The notes beneath the pieces are model-generated. The model had not been told where the DNA came from. It saw nothing but the letters and a program-made list of their open reading frames with translations, and made no database searches. From Euprymna scolopes (taxonomy: Eukaryota): DNA of 64,000 bases. Made by a program: the position numbers and the translations under genes. Where the stretch lies: assembly GCA_053919585.1 (NCBI GenBank), contig CM132804.1. One strand, 5' to 3'. Position 1 is the first letter of the stretch; each line of letters begins with the position of its first letter. Of this stretch, positions 50,760 through 64,000 are shown piece by piece.

Positions 50760-51600
50760 AAAGACCTGATCTACATCAGTGATCTTACAAATCATATCCT
50801 ATGATCATTGGTAGACATTTATGCTGACGACACTACTATCCATGGTAACACATCAAAGGTCATAAATGATTCTCTCTCCTCTCATCTTGAGCACGTGGTA
50901 CAATAGAGAAATAGGCGGCTCGTTAATTTTAATGCATCTAAAACCAAGGTTCTATCTTTATATCACCAATGCACTGATCTCCGTCTGTCATCAATTGAAA
51001 TGGATGGCACTCAGTCTTAGCAAGCGTTGACAAGCTTAAAAGTCGCTGGGAAAACGGTAGGATTCTTCTACCTTTCCAGTAGATATCTCACTACTGATGC
51101 AATTCTCTACCAAGTACATCTAATGATAGAGTACTGTTACCAAATCTTGGCAGGAACTGCTAGAAACGCCTTATTTTGCCTCAACAGAGTCGAAAATAGA
51201 CTTCGTAGACTAGTGAAAGGTGCTCTTTTTCTTTCCCTGCAACCTCTTTCACAAAGAATAGACGTTGCTAGCTTGTCCCTGCTTTATCGTTATTTTTATG
51301 CAAGTGCTTGTCTGAGTTTCAATTTATGCCCTCCTCGCCAAACTTTCACGAAAAACACTCGTCTTGCTTAAAACATTATCAATAATCCCTCTTATTCTTT
51401 ATATGTGGCTTAACGTAAACGTAGATTCAATGAACAATGATTCTCTCTTAGAACTGCACGCTTGTGGAAATCTCTTCCGTTTGTATGCTTTTCGGCTGAC
51501 TACAATTTGGTAACGTAAAGAAGTTCATGATGAGATGTCCTTTTAAGAAATCCATTTGCCAAATTTTTACTACTAGAGATTACTACGGATATTGCCCCTT
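50760..51600 (+). mobile_element. CR1-type LINE 3' fragment, degraded
   Basis: LIYISDL...VDIYADD, FNASKTK, IEYCYQILAG, LQPLSQR; homologous to 31315-32210. Confidence 0.85.
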
Positions 51601-52688
51601 TGACTCTCATTAACCATTCACTCATCTAACCCGACTTTACTCGTTTTCAAAGAGATCCCTCTTCTCCTCAATGGAAATAAAGTTAGAAAAGGGAAGTATA
51701 TATAATTATCTAATTTTGCTGGTTAGCTCAACGTATTAAAACAGTCTAGAAAGAAATTTTAATATAAATAAGTATATAGATAAAATGAGAGGGAATACTC
51801 AGCAATGTTATCTAATTTATATGGTTAAAATATCATAAACATTGGGCGTATCTGAAATTTGCCGAATGACTTCCTCGATTTTATTGATTTTGCCGAAGAC
51901 TAAATAAAACAAAATACAGCCTACATGCGACCATTTAAGTATATCAAATCTGCTCCACAATTCATAACGACCGTTTAATTAGTTTTGTACAGAATTTTGT
52001 ACATTGAAAGTTAATCACATATACATATACGATTTTTATATAAATGTATAAATGTATGTATGCGACGTGCTTTTGCGCGTTTGTAGTTTAACAGGATTAG
52101 GAAATCGAATATTGAATCAATTTCCTCAAGATGTACTGAAAAGTTGACACACATGGGACACATAAGTACTTTGCTTGACAAATCCGGATAATAAATTGGA
52201 AGCAGACAAGTTTCAACACTGTAGGCACATGATTAAACATAATGTAGAACTTATTGTTCATGAAATAAATAGACCACGTGGTCTGATTAACCATTAATAA
52301 TTTTGAAACCTTTCATTCATGTGAATGTGACACCCGTGTCAGTGAAGATCAAATTCTAACTTTTACAAAGACTGAGCGGCATAATTTTGCTCGCGACAAT
52401 TTCTTCGTACTGAATACATTAACTTTAAAATCTGATGGAAACGTGAGCTTCTGTTTTCGATGTGCAATTTAATTATGAAATCGGTAAGAGGTCACTTTTA
52501 GTTATATGACCTCTCTCGAGTGACGTACTAATGTCTCTTTTGGGTTGATATTTCGAGCAGGAACTAAATTATATATTTCGGCACTTGCATTTGATTGTCT
52601 TGGGAATGTCGACATAATTTCTAACTATTTCTTAATCGCATTTCTGCTGAATTCGATATTCTTATTTCCGTCGGTTTGATTAGATATT

Positions 52689-52900
52689 TACAGGGTGACA
52701 CGATAAAGCTGTCGTCCTAAAGAAAACGACACTATAGCTTTATTTCTATGCTTTTATTGAAAAAATCAATTCAGGTAAGTTCATTATGTAGTACAGCTGA
52801 CATCTAATCAATGTGCCACGTCTGGCCTTAATCATCGCCTTAATACGGTGTCGGAGCTAGGAGCATACCTTTTCCAAGCGTGTATTCGAAATGAATGTTT
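52689..52900. mobile_element. Tc1/mariner-like terminal fragment
   Basis: TA|CAGGGTGACACGATAAA resembles the terminus at 12465. Confidence 0.4.
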
Positions 52901-53180
52901 CTGTTTTAAGCACAATTTAACAATAATACTTATAATTTTATAAATCAACGGTAGGTTCTCTACAGTGCAATGTAGACTACAATGTATTGTAAAATAAGTC
53001 GTTGGGGAGAGGCATGCAAATCATACTCTCGGTGGATGTTGGGGAGTCCCAGACTAGAGTAGGCAATCAATCGATTTGATTGAAAAATGGAAATTTCACT
53101 AATTCTGATTGCATGGTTATGGTTAGTGCTGAATGTTCATTTATCCAAATTCAGCCCCTTGTAGCGTCGTAATTCCCCTG

Positions 53181-53270
<90 letters not shown>

Positions 53271-53272
<2 letters not shown>

Positions 53273-54026
53273 CTAGCAAAAGTACCCCTCGTTGTTGACT
53301 GGGTTAAAAACAGCGTACAGTAAATGAACTTTGGTTTATGAAAGTATGATAGGTTATGAAAAGGAAGGGGTGTAAAGAGTTAGCTTCGAATTTGGGGGCA
53401 TCAAAACCAAAGCAAAATATGGTGATAGTAAAAATAAAATAGATAAACCCCATAATTTATTATAACATACCTGTTCACACTGAAACACTTATCACAATAT
53501 TTTGTGGATCTATATTAAAAACCTTGTTAAAATCTGTGACATATTTCCATTCTATGGAGGTCAGGCGCGAACAAACACGCCATAATTGTATTATACCATA
53601 TTTCTTCAAACTGAAACATAATTATCAAAGTATACTTACCAAGATAGATATGAAAAGTCTTTATTAAAGGTTGTGCCTATTTCCCTTCTCTGGAGGCCAG
53701 GCGCGAACGTAGACCCCACAATTTTATCATACCATCCGTATTTAGGTTAAAACATACTTATCAAAGTATTATTATGTACATCTATATCAAAAACACTTGA
53801 AAACATTTTTTTTTTAATTTTTAATTTTTTTATTTCCATGCTTTTTGGACCAGGCGCGTACGCAGACCCCACAATTTTAATGAATCATCATTAGGCCAGA
53901 TCAAACATACCCATTCATGTGTATCGATACATCTATCATTATATACGATCAGTTTTCTATAATAGTCAACCACATAGGAGCCTATTCGAGACCACACACA
54001 CAGGCGTTCAGCTTTATATTATAGAT
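53271..54026 (+). mobile_element. Helentron-associated non-autonomous element (HINE/DINE-1-like)
   Basis: Starts TACTAGC...TACCC...GGGT, internal ~130-bp subrepeats, ends CAGCTTTATATTATAGAT; abuts (TA)n. Confidence 0.6.
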
Positions 54027-54745
54027 ATGTGTGTGTGCGTGCGCGCGCGTGTGTGTGTTTCGCAAATGTTCAGGCATATTAAACATGGAAGAATGGGGGG
54101 AAAGTCGCTTTTGTTGGTATATTGTTGTATTAGTCACGATATTTGAAGGATATATAAGGATCAGTAAAACTAAACATAAATGAGTTGCTTTTATTTACAA
54201 TTAAACTATATTTTGCGTTCTGTTTTGATATTAAACGGGAACTGATCCAGCTTGAATCGATTGTTGATAAATGTCTGCATCAAAACCACCGAAGATAACG
54301 CTTTCCATTGGGAATGCAGTATCCTCATTAGATGGAATAAATAAAGACCATCCCAAATGAACGTTCTTATCGTTCTGCGTCGACAATTAGATTAGGTTTA
54401 GTTTTATGATGTCATAATAACACAAGTGGATCCAACGGATTTCAGCCAACGCCGCCGCCTGACGAAATAAGTGTTTTCTTTCCGATTGTAGCTATTCATT
54501 ATTTCCTCGATTAAGATTTGATATGTCGACTACTTGATTTGCTGCATCATATTTATATACGTTTTCAAGCTTCGTTAGATAATATTAAATAAAGCATTCC
54601 CATATGTTATTATTCTTCTTGTTCTTTTAATCCATGTCAGTGTTTATAAGATCCCTTGATGCATATATAAGTTAGCCTTCTCTTCCCTCCTTCTCTATTT
54701 CGCTCCGTATTTATGAATTTATGTAGACACGCACTTACGCGAACA

Positions 54746-54822
<77 letters not shown>

Positions 54823-54841
54823 TTTATTCATACAAACATGA

Positions 54842-54905
54842 TGACTACATATGTGCATATATGTTTCTGTAATCACCCGCGTTGGGGGATTACGTCTTCA
54901 GGCCA
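54842..54905 (-). ncRNA. Type I hammerhead ribozyme motif (family A, second copy)
   Basis: UGGC-CUGAAGA-C-GUAAUC-C-CCC AACGC GGG-U-GAUUAC-A-GAA-ACAUAU AUGCAC AUAUGU-A-GUCA; differences from copy 1 retain pairing. Confidence 0.75.
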
Positions 54906-55210
54906 AGAATTATCGTCGATAACTGATATTTCAAATAAACACTTTTTCTTATTTCGTTTACAAAGTTAGAATGTAACATGGGTGGAAGTTATGAGCGGCG
55001 AGAAGAGAAGGTAAGTGAGATCTTTGAAGATAATAAACATATTTTTTTATTTCCCTTTTTTATATTCCCTTTTTAAGTTTATCTATCCCATCTTTTGGTT
55101 TTTACGGCATAATGTACTTGAAAATTTAGTATTTTGGTCTCGCGATAAGTAAATTAAAAATATTCCTTAGTGCTATTGAGTACACACCGGTGTCTTTCAA
55201 CCCACACACA

Positions 55211-55262
<52 letters not shown>

Positions 55263-55622
55263 AAGCAAACATACGCTTACCTATACTCGCCAGGGCCGCT
55301 GCAAGAAATGTGGGCTCTCTCTACCGTGCTAGACAATTACTAACACCCGAAAGTATCCTGTACCTCTATAAGGCAACCATTCGTCCATGAATGGAGTATT
55401 GCTGTCACATTTGGGCTGGTGCATCTGTTACTAGTCTCTCGCTCCTTGACAAGGTTCAAAAGAGAGTCGACAACATGATAGGCCCTGAACTGGCATCTAA
55501 GCTTCAGCCTCTGTCCCATCGACGAAATGTTGCATCCCTCTGCCTTTTCTACAAGTATTTTAGTGGTGAATGCTCTGACGAACTGCAATCACTTGTGCCC
55601 CCACGACGTGAGCACCCTCGAC

Positions 55623-55743
55623 CAGTGGCGGCTCGTGCCTGGTGCTGTGGTGGAACTGCAGCAGCACCCCCAAGTCATTTCTACTCATTAGTACACGTTA
55701 AAAAGAATACGTTTATTTTTTTTGTATGTGATAATATATCATA

Positions 55744-55803
<60 letters not shown>

Positions 55804-58800
55804 ATATAATCCTGAAGCTTAATGTCGATAATTGTCCCCATACTCATATAAGCATAAAAGCAAAACGTTGTTTGGGGCTGCGAAATCCACAGTTACACAT
55901 TCTTAGTGAAATTCGCTTGTACGCATGCCCGATCTAGAACGGTTAATATGAGTCAAATCGGAACTGTATTTTTCGCAGTTCAAAACGCGGTGTTGTCACG
56001 TTGTCGCTTATTTATTTTATTTTTTTTAAGAAGCTTTGTTTACAAATGTTTTCTTTTTATTATTATTATTAAAATTGTTACGTGTTCTTGTAAATAAAAT
56101 CTCCAACTTAAAAAAAAAAATCCCACACTTTTAAATGCGATTTAAGCAGACAAAAATATATAATATGCCAAACTTTTTTTTGTTTAATTAAAAGTGTTCG
56201 GGCTTTTAGACTTGAAGTTAAAAATGTTATTTTTTATTTTACCTATATGGCTTATTTTATTTGTATTTTTAAGTAGTTTAAAATTTATTTATTTTGTAGT
56301 AGTTTAACTTTACAGAATAAAAAAATATTTACATTTTTTTATAGAAAAGCGAAGAAAAGTTTATTTTTTAAAATACATTTTAGTNNNNNNNNNNNNNNNN
56401 NNNNNNNNNNNNNNNNNNNNNNNNNNNNNNNNNNNNNNNNNNNNNNNNNNNNNNNNNNNNNNNNNNNNNNNNNNNNNNNNNNNNNNNNNNNNNNNNNNNN
56501 NNNNNNNNNNNNNNNNNNNNNNNNNNNNNNNNNNNNNNNNNNNNNNNNNNNNNNNNNNNNNNNNNNNNNNNNNNNNNNNNNNNNNNNNNNNNNNNNNNNN
56601 NNNNNNNNNNNNNNNNNNNNNNNNNNNNNNNNNNNNNNNNNNNNNNNNNNNNNNNNNNNNNNNNNNNNNNNNNNNNNNNNNNNNNNNNNNNNNNNNNNNN
56701 NNNNNNNNNNNNNNNNNNNNNNNNNNNNNNNNNNNNNNNNNNNNNNNNNNNNNNNNNNNNNNNNNNNNNNNNNNNNNNNNNNNNNNNNNNNNNNNNNNNN
56801 NNNNNNNNNNNNNNNNNNNNNNNNNNNNNNNNNNNNNNNNNNNNNNNNNNNNNNNNNNNNNNNNNNNNNNNNNNTCCCACGAGGACAAAGCAAGAAGTTT
56901 TACACTTTGAACAAAGTTTTTTAATTAAAATGTGCAATAACAAGACGAGTATGTAAAACCGTTTTTATAATAAGCTTAGTAAATAGCAAAGTTTGTATTT
57001 ATTTTTATATAAAAAGTTGTAAAAAGATTTGTAAATAAAATTATGTATCTTTAATTTTTTTTGTTTGCTCATAGTACAAACATGTAAACTTTTTTATTCT
57101 ATATTTTATTTACAAAGTTTTGTTATAAACACACATTATTAAATTTTAAATAAAACTGTTATCCAATAAAACCATTTTTAAATGGTAATCTCCTAACTTT
57201 ACCATTGTTTGCAGGCAAAGATTTTGTTTTTATGAAAAAATTAATTATTAAAAAAATGTAAATAAAATGTATTTAAACAATGTTTTTCGTTTGTTTGCCT
57301 GCGGTAAAATTTTATTTAATCTGTAAAGTTTAAAAGAAATATATTTGTATATTTTTTTATTACTCTGTAAAGTGTATACAATTTAAAATAGTGTTTTTTG
57401 ATTAAAATGTTTTTGCGTATTACCCCTTTTTCGACGGCTTATAATGGCAAAGTTAAAAATATTTGTATTAAAAAAAGCAATTTTAATGACAAGCTTATTT
57501 TTTATACGCCTATTTTTAATTAACAATAAGCTTTTTATAAATAAAACCGTTGTTAAATAGTAACACATTTTTCGTTAATAAAAATCTGTGACCTAAAAGT
57601 TATAAAAGTATGATTCAACTCAGTTAGAACTTCCGGTTCAGTTGAATCGCAAAAAGAGGATCACATAAACATTGTATTCCTTCTACATTAATTGATATTC
57701 TACTAATAGACTACCTAGTACTTACCTTTCCCAATACAATTGATATAAAAAGAATTTAACCATGGTCTCCTTGCACCCCCAAGAAATAACTTTTGCGACG
57801 GTAAATGAACTTCAGCAGATTGAGTTTTCACAGCAGTCTCTCCATGATAAAGTTGTAATTAAGAAAAGAAGCCGTTCAACGCCTGATATTCAAATATCTC
57901 AGCCAGGCATTAGCAACAACAAATTGTATATTCGTAGCTTTAATGGTACCAACGGAAAAGTTAGCTTTGCGGCTGTGAACTAAAAAAAGGCATTGTTCTG
58001 CTTTCGTTGTTTGTTGTTAGGGGGTGATGTAACATGGATAAAAGAGAGTTTCAGAACTATTAGCAAAATGAAAGATAGAACTGAAAAGCATGAGAAGCAC
58101 GTTGACAATGTAGTTTCCCTATCAATTTTGGGGGCCATAAATATTAAAGCAAAACTTAGTGAGGCCTGCAGACTTTCAATCAATCATCATAACATGAATG
58201 TTCAGAAGAACCGTGAAATTTTATCTAAAATAATAGATTGTATTTTCTTTTGTGGGAACTTTGAAACTCCCTCACGAGGACATGATGAAAAAGATGATTC
58301 AGTAAATCCAAGTGTATTTAGAGGATTTTTAAATTTTGCATCTTAATTAGATCCAAATTTAAAGAATCACTTAGAAACCAGTAATGTCTTCAAAGGTGTT
58401 TCCAAGACTATTCAGAATGACAAACTTAACTGTCTTTTACAAATATACCATAATGAAATAAGGGCAGAAATTAGCAAAGCTTCCTTTGTAGCTGTCATGG
58501 CTGATGAAATAACAGATGTGTCTGAACATACACAAATGATCATTGTTTTACGGTACGTCTTGGATGAAAAAATACTTGAACGCATTTGGGGATTCTTTAT
58601 TCCAGAAAACCAAACCGCTGATAGGATATCAAAATGTATTCTACAACAATTAGATATAATCCTTCAAGTGAATCGCCAAAAACTGATAGCTCAGACATTT
58701 GATGATGCAAATGTCATGAAAGGCAAAAAAGCTGGTGCTCAGGCGAAAATAAAAGCAGTTTATAGTAATGCGCATTTCACTCACTGTTATGCGCATCAAC

Positions 58801-59984
58801 TTAATTTAATAATGAGGAATGCAGCAAGCATTACACGAAATGCTAGACTATTTATCTCTAACATTTTGGCTATTCCGACTTTCTTTTCTAGATCACCACA
58901 GCGTCTGTCCATTTTTCAAGAAGCATCTGGATGTAAGCATTCTACGTGTATCCGCCACAAGGTGGAACTTTAACATACATAAATAGAGTTCATGAAAATG
59001 TTCAAGCATAAAAAACTGTCACTGAAATTCAGTCAACATCATATGTAGATGAGACCGTTGCAGAAGCGACAGGAATTCTGAAATATTTGAACAATGAAAA
59101 TTTCATATTTTGGTTTGAGCTATTTCATAAAATTATGTCTCATGTTGAAATTATTTCTCGGGAAATTAGCATATATAAAGTCAATGAATACATAACAAAT
59201 TTCCAAACTGCTATTTTAGAGATAAGAAACACCAACTACTGTGAAAATTCTTCACAAACACTCAAGGGCGAAGCTAAAGAACTGTGTGACTATATATCTG
59301 TTGATATAACGGACAGATATTCTTCAACTAAACATTGCTAAATTGTTTAACAAGATAAGCTTTGCTAGTTTTAAGAAAAAAAACTACCTACAGAAGAGAT
59401 ATCCTTGACAACTGAAGCATATTCCATGATTGACAAAGAAAAGTTTGAAACTGAGCTAGAAATATTTTATAGTAGGTCAGATATCCATGAGTATTGCAAA
59501 GTAATTGATCTCCTGAAATTTATTTTGGAAAACAATTTAAACGATGTTTTTAGTGAAATCACAAAACCCATAAAAATTATCTTGACAATTCCCATGACTA
59601 CATAAGAGATAGAACGTTGTTTTTCAACTCTGAAAAGAATAAATCTTTTCTAAGGAACACCATGGGTTGCGAAAGACTAAATGAACTTGCATTGCTTTCA
59701 ATTGATAAAAAAGTTCTTCAGCAGTCATTCAGAAGTTAAGGAGAAAATTATCAATCTTTTCTCACAAATTAAAACAAGAAGAATGGAGTTTACTTTCAAA
59801 TGAATGTAATAAGTAAAATATTTACATCTATTTAGGATTCCTTTAAGTTATTGTATTTTTATACGTGTGCATACGTATAAATTATGTATAATTTTATGTT
59901 TGTTTTATTTTTACACAATATTAAAAAAATAGGCGTTTTCTTTATAACAACACCCCCACTAATCTTAGCCACGAGCCGCCACTG
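55623..59984 (+). mobile_element. Full-length hAT DNA transposon (Tip100/ZMYM1-like), ~4.4 kb
   Basis: Perfect 15-bp TIR CAGTGGCGGCTCGTG (55623-55637, 59970-59984); perfect 8-bp TSD CCCTCGAC (55615-55622, 59985-59992). Confidence 0.95.
57762..59803 (+). pseudogene. hAT transposase (DUF4371-like plus dimerisation domain), multiple stops/frameshifts
   Basis: FCFRCLL, RGHDE, ADEITDVS..QM..VLRYV, QTFDDANVMKG, HCYAHQLNL, TIPMTT..ERCFSTLKRI. Confidence 0.9.
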
Positions 59985-60889
59985 CCCTCGACAAACTCGA
60001 CAGGCTGCTAAATCCCACCCCCACACTGTAGAGATCCCTAGATGTAAAAGATCTTTCTACTCCAATAGTTTCTTCCCCAGAACCGCTAGACTTTGGAATT
60101 CCATTCCAGGTCCCTGCTTCCCCAACTGTACTGACGCGCAGCAGTTCAAGTGTAACGTGAACCAACATCTTGCTGCCCAAATCCCTACATAGTACCGCAG
60201 TAGTTGTTGCCCCTGATAGTAGCCCCCTACACCAAAGTGGCTATTTGCCTTGTTTGGGGTGAAAATGCAAAAAAAATAAATAAATAAATACTCAGTAGTG
60301 GATATACACTGTTCGCTGTATTTTACTCAAACACACGCACAGAAAACAGACAATAACTATAACGACACACACGAATAAAATTAAAGTTAAAATAAATAAA
60401 TAAATAATATAAAATAAAAATAATCAAACAAATAAACAAATAAAGATAAAAAATAAAAAAATAAAAATAAACATAAAACCCCTGAAAGTTATCAACCTCA
60501 TCATGCATACATAGAGATAAATACACGTATAAACACCCACACTTTGATACACCTGTGTATATATACACACATACACACATATACACATACATAGATACAT
60601 AATGCTCACATACAGTTATAACATGTTTATATTTATACTCACATACGCAGTTATATCCGTGCACGGACCCTCAAACACATACATCCATGCACACACCTAG
60701 ATATCATATATCATGACTGTTATTATACCAAAACAAATAATATTATTAATCCCACTAACAATCCTAATAATAATAATTTATATAATACTGATAATATTAA
60801 TAACACCAACAATATCAATAATAATAACAATAATAAGACTGTCGATTAGGAAATTTAAAAGCCTGTGGACCCTAACCGAATACACGTCT

Positions 60890-60937
<48 letters not shown>

Positions 60938-61050
60938 CATATACATATACATATACATGCACACGCATACCAGCATACACAGAATATATACACACACAGT
61001 CAGACTGTCCGCAGGTGCAGACACTCATCCCCATCCATACGTGTCCCCGT

Positions 61051-61115
61051 GAGGCATTGGTATGGGTCTTAGCAAATTCACAAACTGAATTTGCTAAGAC
61101 CCATACCAATGCCTC
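61051..61115. repeat. Perfect 30-bp inverted repeat at the Penelope 5' junction
   Basis: GAGGCATTGGTATGGGTCTTAGCAAATTCA-CAAAC-TGAATTTGCTAAGACCCATACCAATGCCTC. Confidence 0.95.
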
Positions 61116-62220
61116 CGATGAGGATTTTGAAATCATTATGAAATGCTGCACACCTGTCCTAGTCTATAATGGAGAACAATGGGCTATAAATGGGCTAAAT
61201 GACTTTTTCGGGGTATCAATGGGATCGCCGGACTCTGCAGAAGCAACAGATCTCGTTGGATTGCATATAATTTATAATTTAGCAAAATATAACACTATTG
61301 ATGGAAGGGGTATAGGCTTATATCGTGACGATGGGCTAATTATAGTAAGGAACGCTACAAGTGTTAAATGTGATCAAGTTAGGAGAGCAATCCATAGAGA
61401 CATGAAAGATTTGGGACAAAATGTTGAAGTTAATGTTAACTTAAAACAAGTTAACTTCCTTGACGTTACTTTAGATCTTGATTTAAACCCTATATGAAGG
61501 AAAACGCTAACCCTATTTATATACAGCCACAGTCTAACCATCCACCCACCATTATTAAACATACACCGTTATCTATTGAAAGTAGAATAAGTAACAACTC
61601 ATCTGATGAAGTAACTTTCAATGATTGCAAAGCTATTTATAATACAGCACTTAAAAATAGTGGGTATAAGGACATAGATATAAAATATAAAGTAACTAAT
61701 GCTAGCGCTAATAGATCTGACAATCTCAATAGGAAGGTGATTTGGTTCACACACCCCTTTAATATTATGCTTAAAACAAACCTCGGTACAAAATTTTTAC
61801 AACTTATTAACAAGCATTTCCCACCAAGTAATATATTACAAAAAATCTTTAATAAAAATACATTAAAATTAGGTTATAGATGTGGTGATAACTTGGAAAG
61901 AATTATAAAAAAACATAATGGAAGAATCTTAAGGATGACTAATAGAGAAAGTGTAAATATTAGCGATAACACGGCTGTGAATAAATGTAACTGCCAAAAA
62001 CATGAGGAATGCCCAATAAAAAAATGAATGTCTAATCTCATCAGTGGTATACCAGGCTAGGATATTCCCAGAAGAGAACCCAAGGGATGAAAGATTTTAC
62101 ATAGGTAGTACATAAATGACATTCAAAAATATATTCTATGGACATACACGTTCGACGAATAATCAAACGTATGAACAGGATACGTTCTTATCGTTATACT
62201 ACTGGAAATTAGTAAAGCCG
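61086..62220 (+). mobile_element. 5'-truncated Penelope-like element (probably Naiad-type): RT, Cys linker, GIY-YIG; degraded
   Basis: GVSMGSPDSAE, GLYRDDGL, VNFLDVTLDL, YI..QSNHPP, RKVIWF..PF, CNC....CP....CL, VVYQA...FYIGST. Confidence 0.9.
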
Positions 62221-62552
62221 TAACTATGATCCTACCCGTATGGATTACATAAGTCGCTTAATATTCTATTTTCTCAAGCAGTACCAACCTAAATAAATAC
62301 CTGTATGATAGTATATCTGAACCGAACGGGTAACAGATTGTTGGGTGAACCTCAAAATAATGTATGCATGGAGATATTTCTGGGTGTGTGCATGTATGTG
62401 TATATTATCTGTATGTATATGTATATACACGTGGGTAGAAAAAATAAAAAATAAAAAATAAAAGGAGAATGAATAAAGATAAAGGTAAGTATTACAATAT
62501 ATAAGCCTTTATACTCCGTTTGTATAACCTAAATGCTCTGATTTTTTTCATA

Positions 62553-62614
<62 letters not shown>

Positions 62615-62977
62615 CGTTATACATCTTATGTATATCTGTGTAAACCTCGAGGAGTGCTTGCTAAATCTGAGGATAGACCTATGGACTTCAAGCTGAATTC
62701 ACTATAATTTTTTACGCAGTAAAAAAAGTACAACTCATCAAAAAGTAACAAGCGGGTAGGGGCGAATGCGTGTGGTGTGTGATAAAAAGAATTATGTAGT
62801 GAATGAGTTCATTCCTATTACTATTTTAGATGTATCATTTGGTGGCAGTGTACATATATATATGTCTGTATTTTGTGTAAATATGTATGGATATGGGCAT
62901 TTATGTATGTATGTGTGTATGTATGTGTGTATATATATATATATTTTTTTGCCCTTTGAAAGGTCATGTTTTTAATC

Positions 62978-63490
62978 CTTCAGGGAGACTAGCCGCCCTC
63001 CTCACCAAACAAGTCTGGTGGGGGAACCAGTTTAGTCGCCGGTGACCCGACCATGAGGCAGGTAGTACTGGGTTACATGGTACCAGTAGCACATGACATT
63101 ACCATACAAAGGGCGAATGAACTCTTTTTATGGGTCAACGGCCAACTAGCACCGTGTATATTTGTGTGTGTATATGTGTATTGGGGTGGAGAGGGCTCCC
63201 GTAAGCCGTAGTGAAGGCAACCTTCCTAGGAGAAGCAAATCTCTGATTTAAAAAAACATAAAGCGGAAGACCATTACCCGCATTAAGCTGATCTGCAGTT
63301 TAATTTGTTGCTGGCTATCTTGTTCTTGCTTGTTGCTGGATCTCAACATTTTGAACCGAGAGAGAGACTTAGCTGTCGTACGAAGCTAAGACTCTGTAAC
63401 ATCATATTTGTATAGATACTCCCTCAGCCATTTGGGCTCATGGATTTTACATGTCTGAGGGAGTGGCACTCGTCTGACAAGACGTTGCAA
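62978..63490 (+). mobile_element. Probable RTE-type LINE/SINE 5' UTR remnant
   Basis: GGCAACCTTCCTAGGAGAAGCAAATCTCTGATTTAAA (~63216) resembles a motif common in RTE 5' UTRs; GC-rich hairpins upstream. Confidence 0.4.
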
Positions 63491-64000
63491 TCATCATGTG
63501 TGTATATATGTGGGTATATGTATATATGTATGTAATGTATATGTATATATGTATATATATATGCATATATTAAAATATGATGTCTCCTATACGATGATTA
63601 TAATAATGTATATTACAAGAATGTATCGGTGTCTGGGTATATATGTCTGTATGTTATGTAATGTATATATACGCCCGAGTAAACTATAATAATACGCTGT
63701 TCCATATAAAAGGGTTACCACACTACAGAAGTTAAAAGGCACCTTATTATTAAAAAAGGTGTTTGTATTTGTGCACGTATTGCTGTGTTTTTATACGTTG
63801 TGAGTGANNNNNNNNNNNNNNNNNNNNNNNNNNNNNNNNNNNNNNNNNNNNNNNNNNNNNNNNNNNNNNNNNNNNNNNNNNNNNNNNNNNNNNNNNNNNN
63901 NNNNNNNNNNNNNNNNNNNNNNNNNNNNNNNNNNNNNNNNNNNNNNNNNNNNNNNNNNNNNNNNNNNNNNNNNNNNNNNNNNNNNGATTTGGGGACACGT

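Larger units (their letters stand above)
55289..60287 (+). mobile_element. 5'-truncated CR1-type LINE split by a hAT insertion
   Basis: 55289-55622 (LYKATIRP, MEYCCHIWAGAS...PPRREHPR) continues at 59993-60192 (QTRQAAKSHPH...FFPRTARLWN); A/TAAA tail; candidate TSD ATACTC at 55283-55288 and 60288-60293. Confidence 0.88.

Noticed and set aside
56339-56943. Long ORFs spanning N runs (also 496-690, 7117-7606, 44814-45104, 48655-49077, 63750-63998)
   Set aside because: Artefacts of assembly gaps.
61980-62120. Selenocysteine-type (in-frame TGA) Naiad element
   Set aside because: The TGA at 62025-62027 results from an extra A in a poly-A run (CPIKNECL restores the frame); conserved cysteines use TGT/TGC here and at 6850-7227.
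62660-62700. CTGAGGA hammerhead core downstream of the Penelope
   Set aside because: No properly placed GAAA or stems I and III.

Overview
AT-rich, gapped, repeat-dominated eukaryotic sequence; the TE spectrum suggests an invertebrate (inference). No host gene could be supported. The window is a patchwork of mostly decayed mobile elements: a BEL/Pao LTR retrotransposon (~24.7-29.3 kb, minus) whose polyprotein ends in a TAF3-like PHD finger after the integrase/DUF5641 region; four CR1-type LINE copies; three Penelope-like (RT/GIY-YIG) elements; a hAT transposon with intact TIRs and 8-bp TSD nested in a LINE; Tc1/mariner, THAP/P-element, RTE and Helentron-like remnants; MITEs and foldbacks; and a 54-bp satellite with an orientation switch. 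Reading the non-coding DNA by eye shows four families of type I hammerhead-ribozyme motifs, one fused to a tRNA-like (Pol III) head in two dispersed copies. Best novelty candidates are the integrase-distal PHD finger and the tRNA-head plus hammerhead SINE/retrozyme. All assignments come from motif recognition by eye; no searches or folding programs were run.
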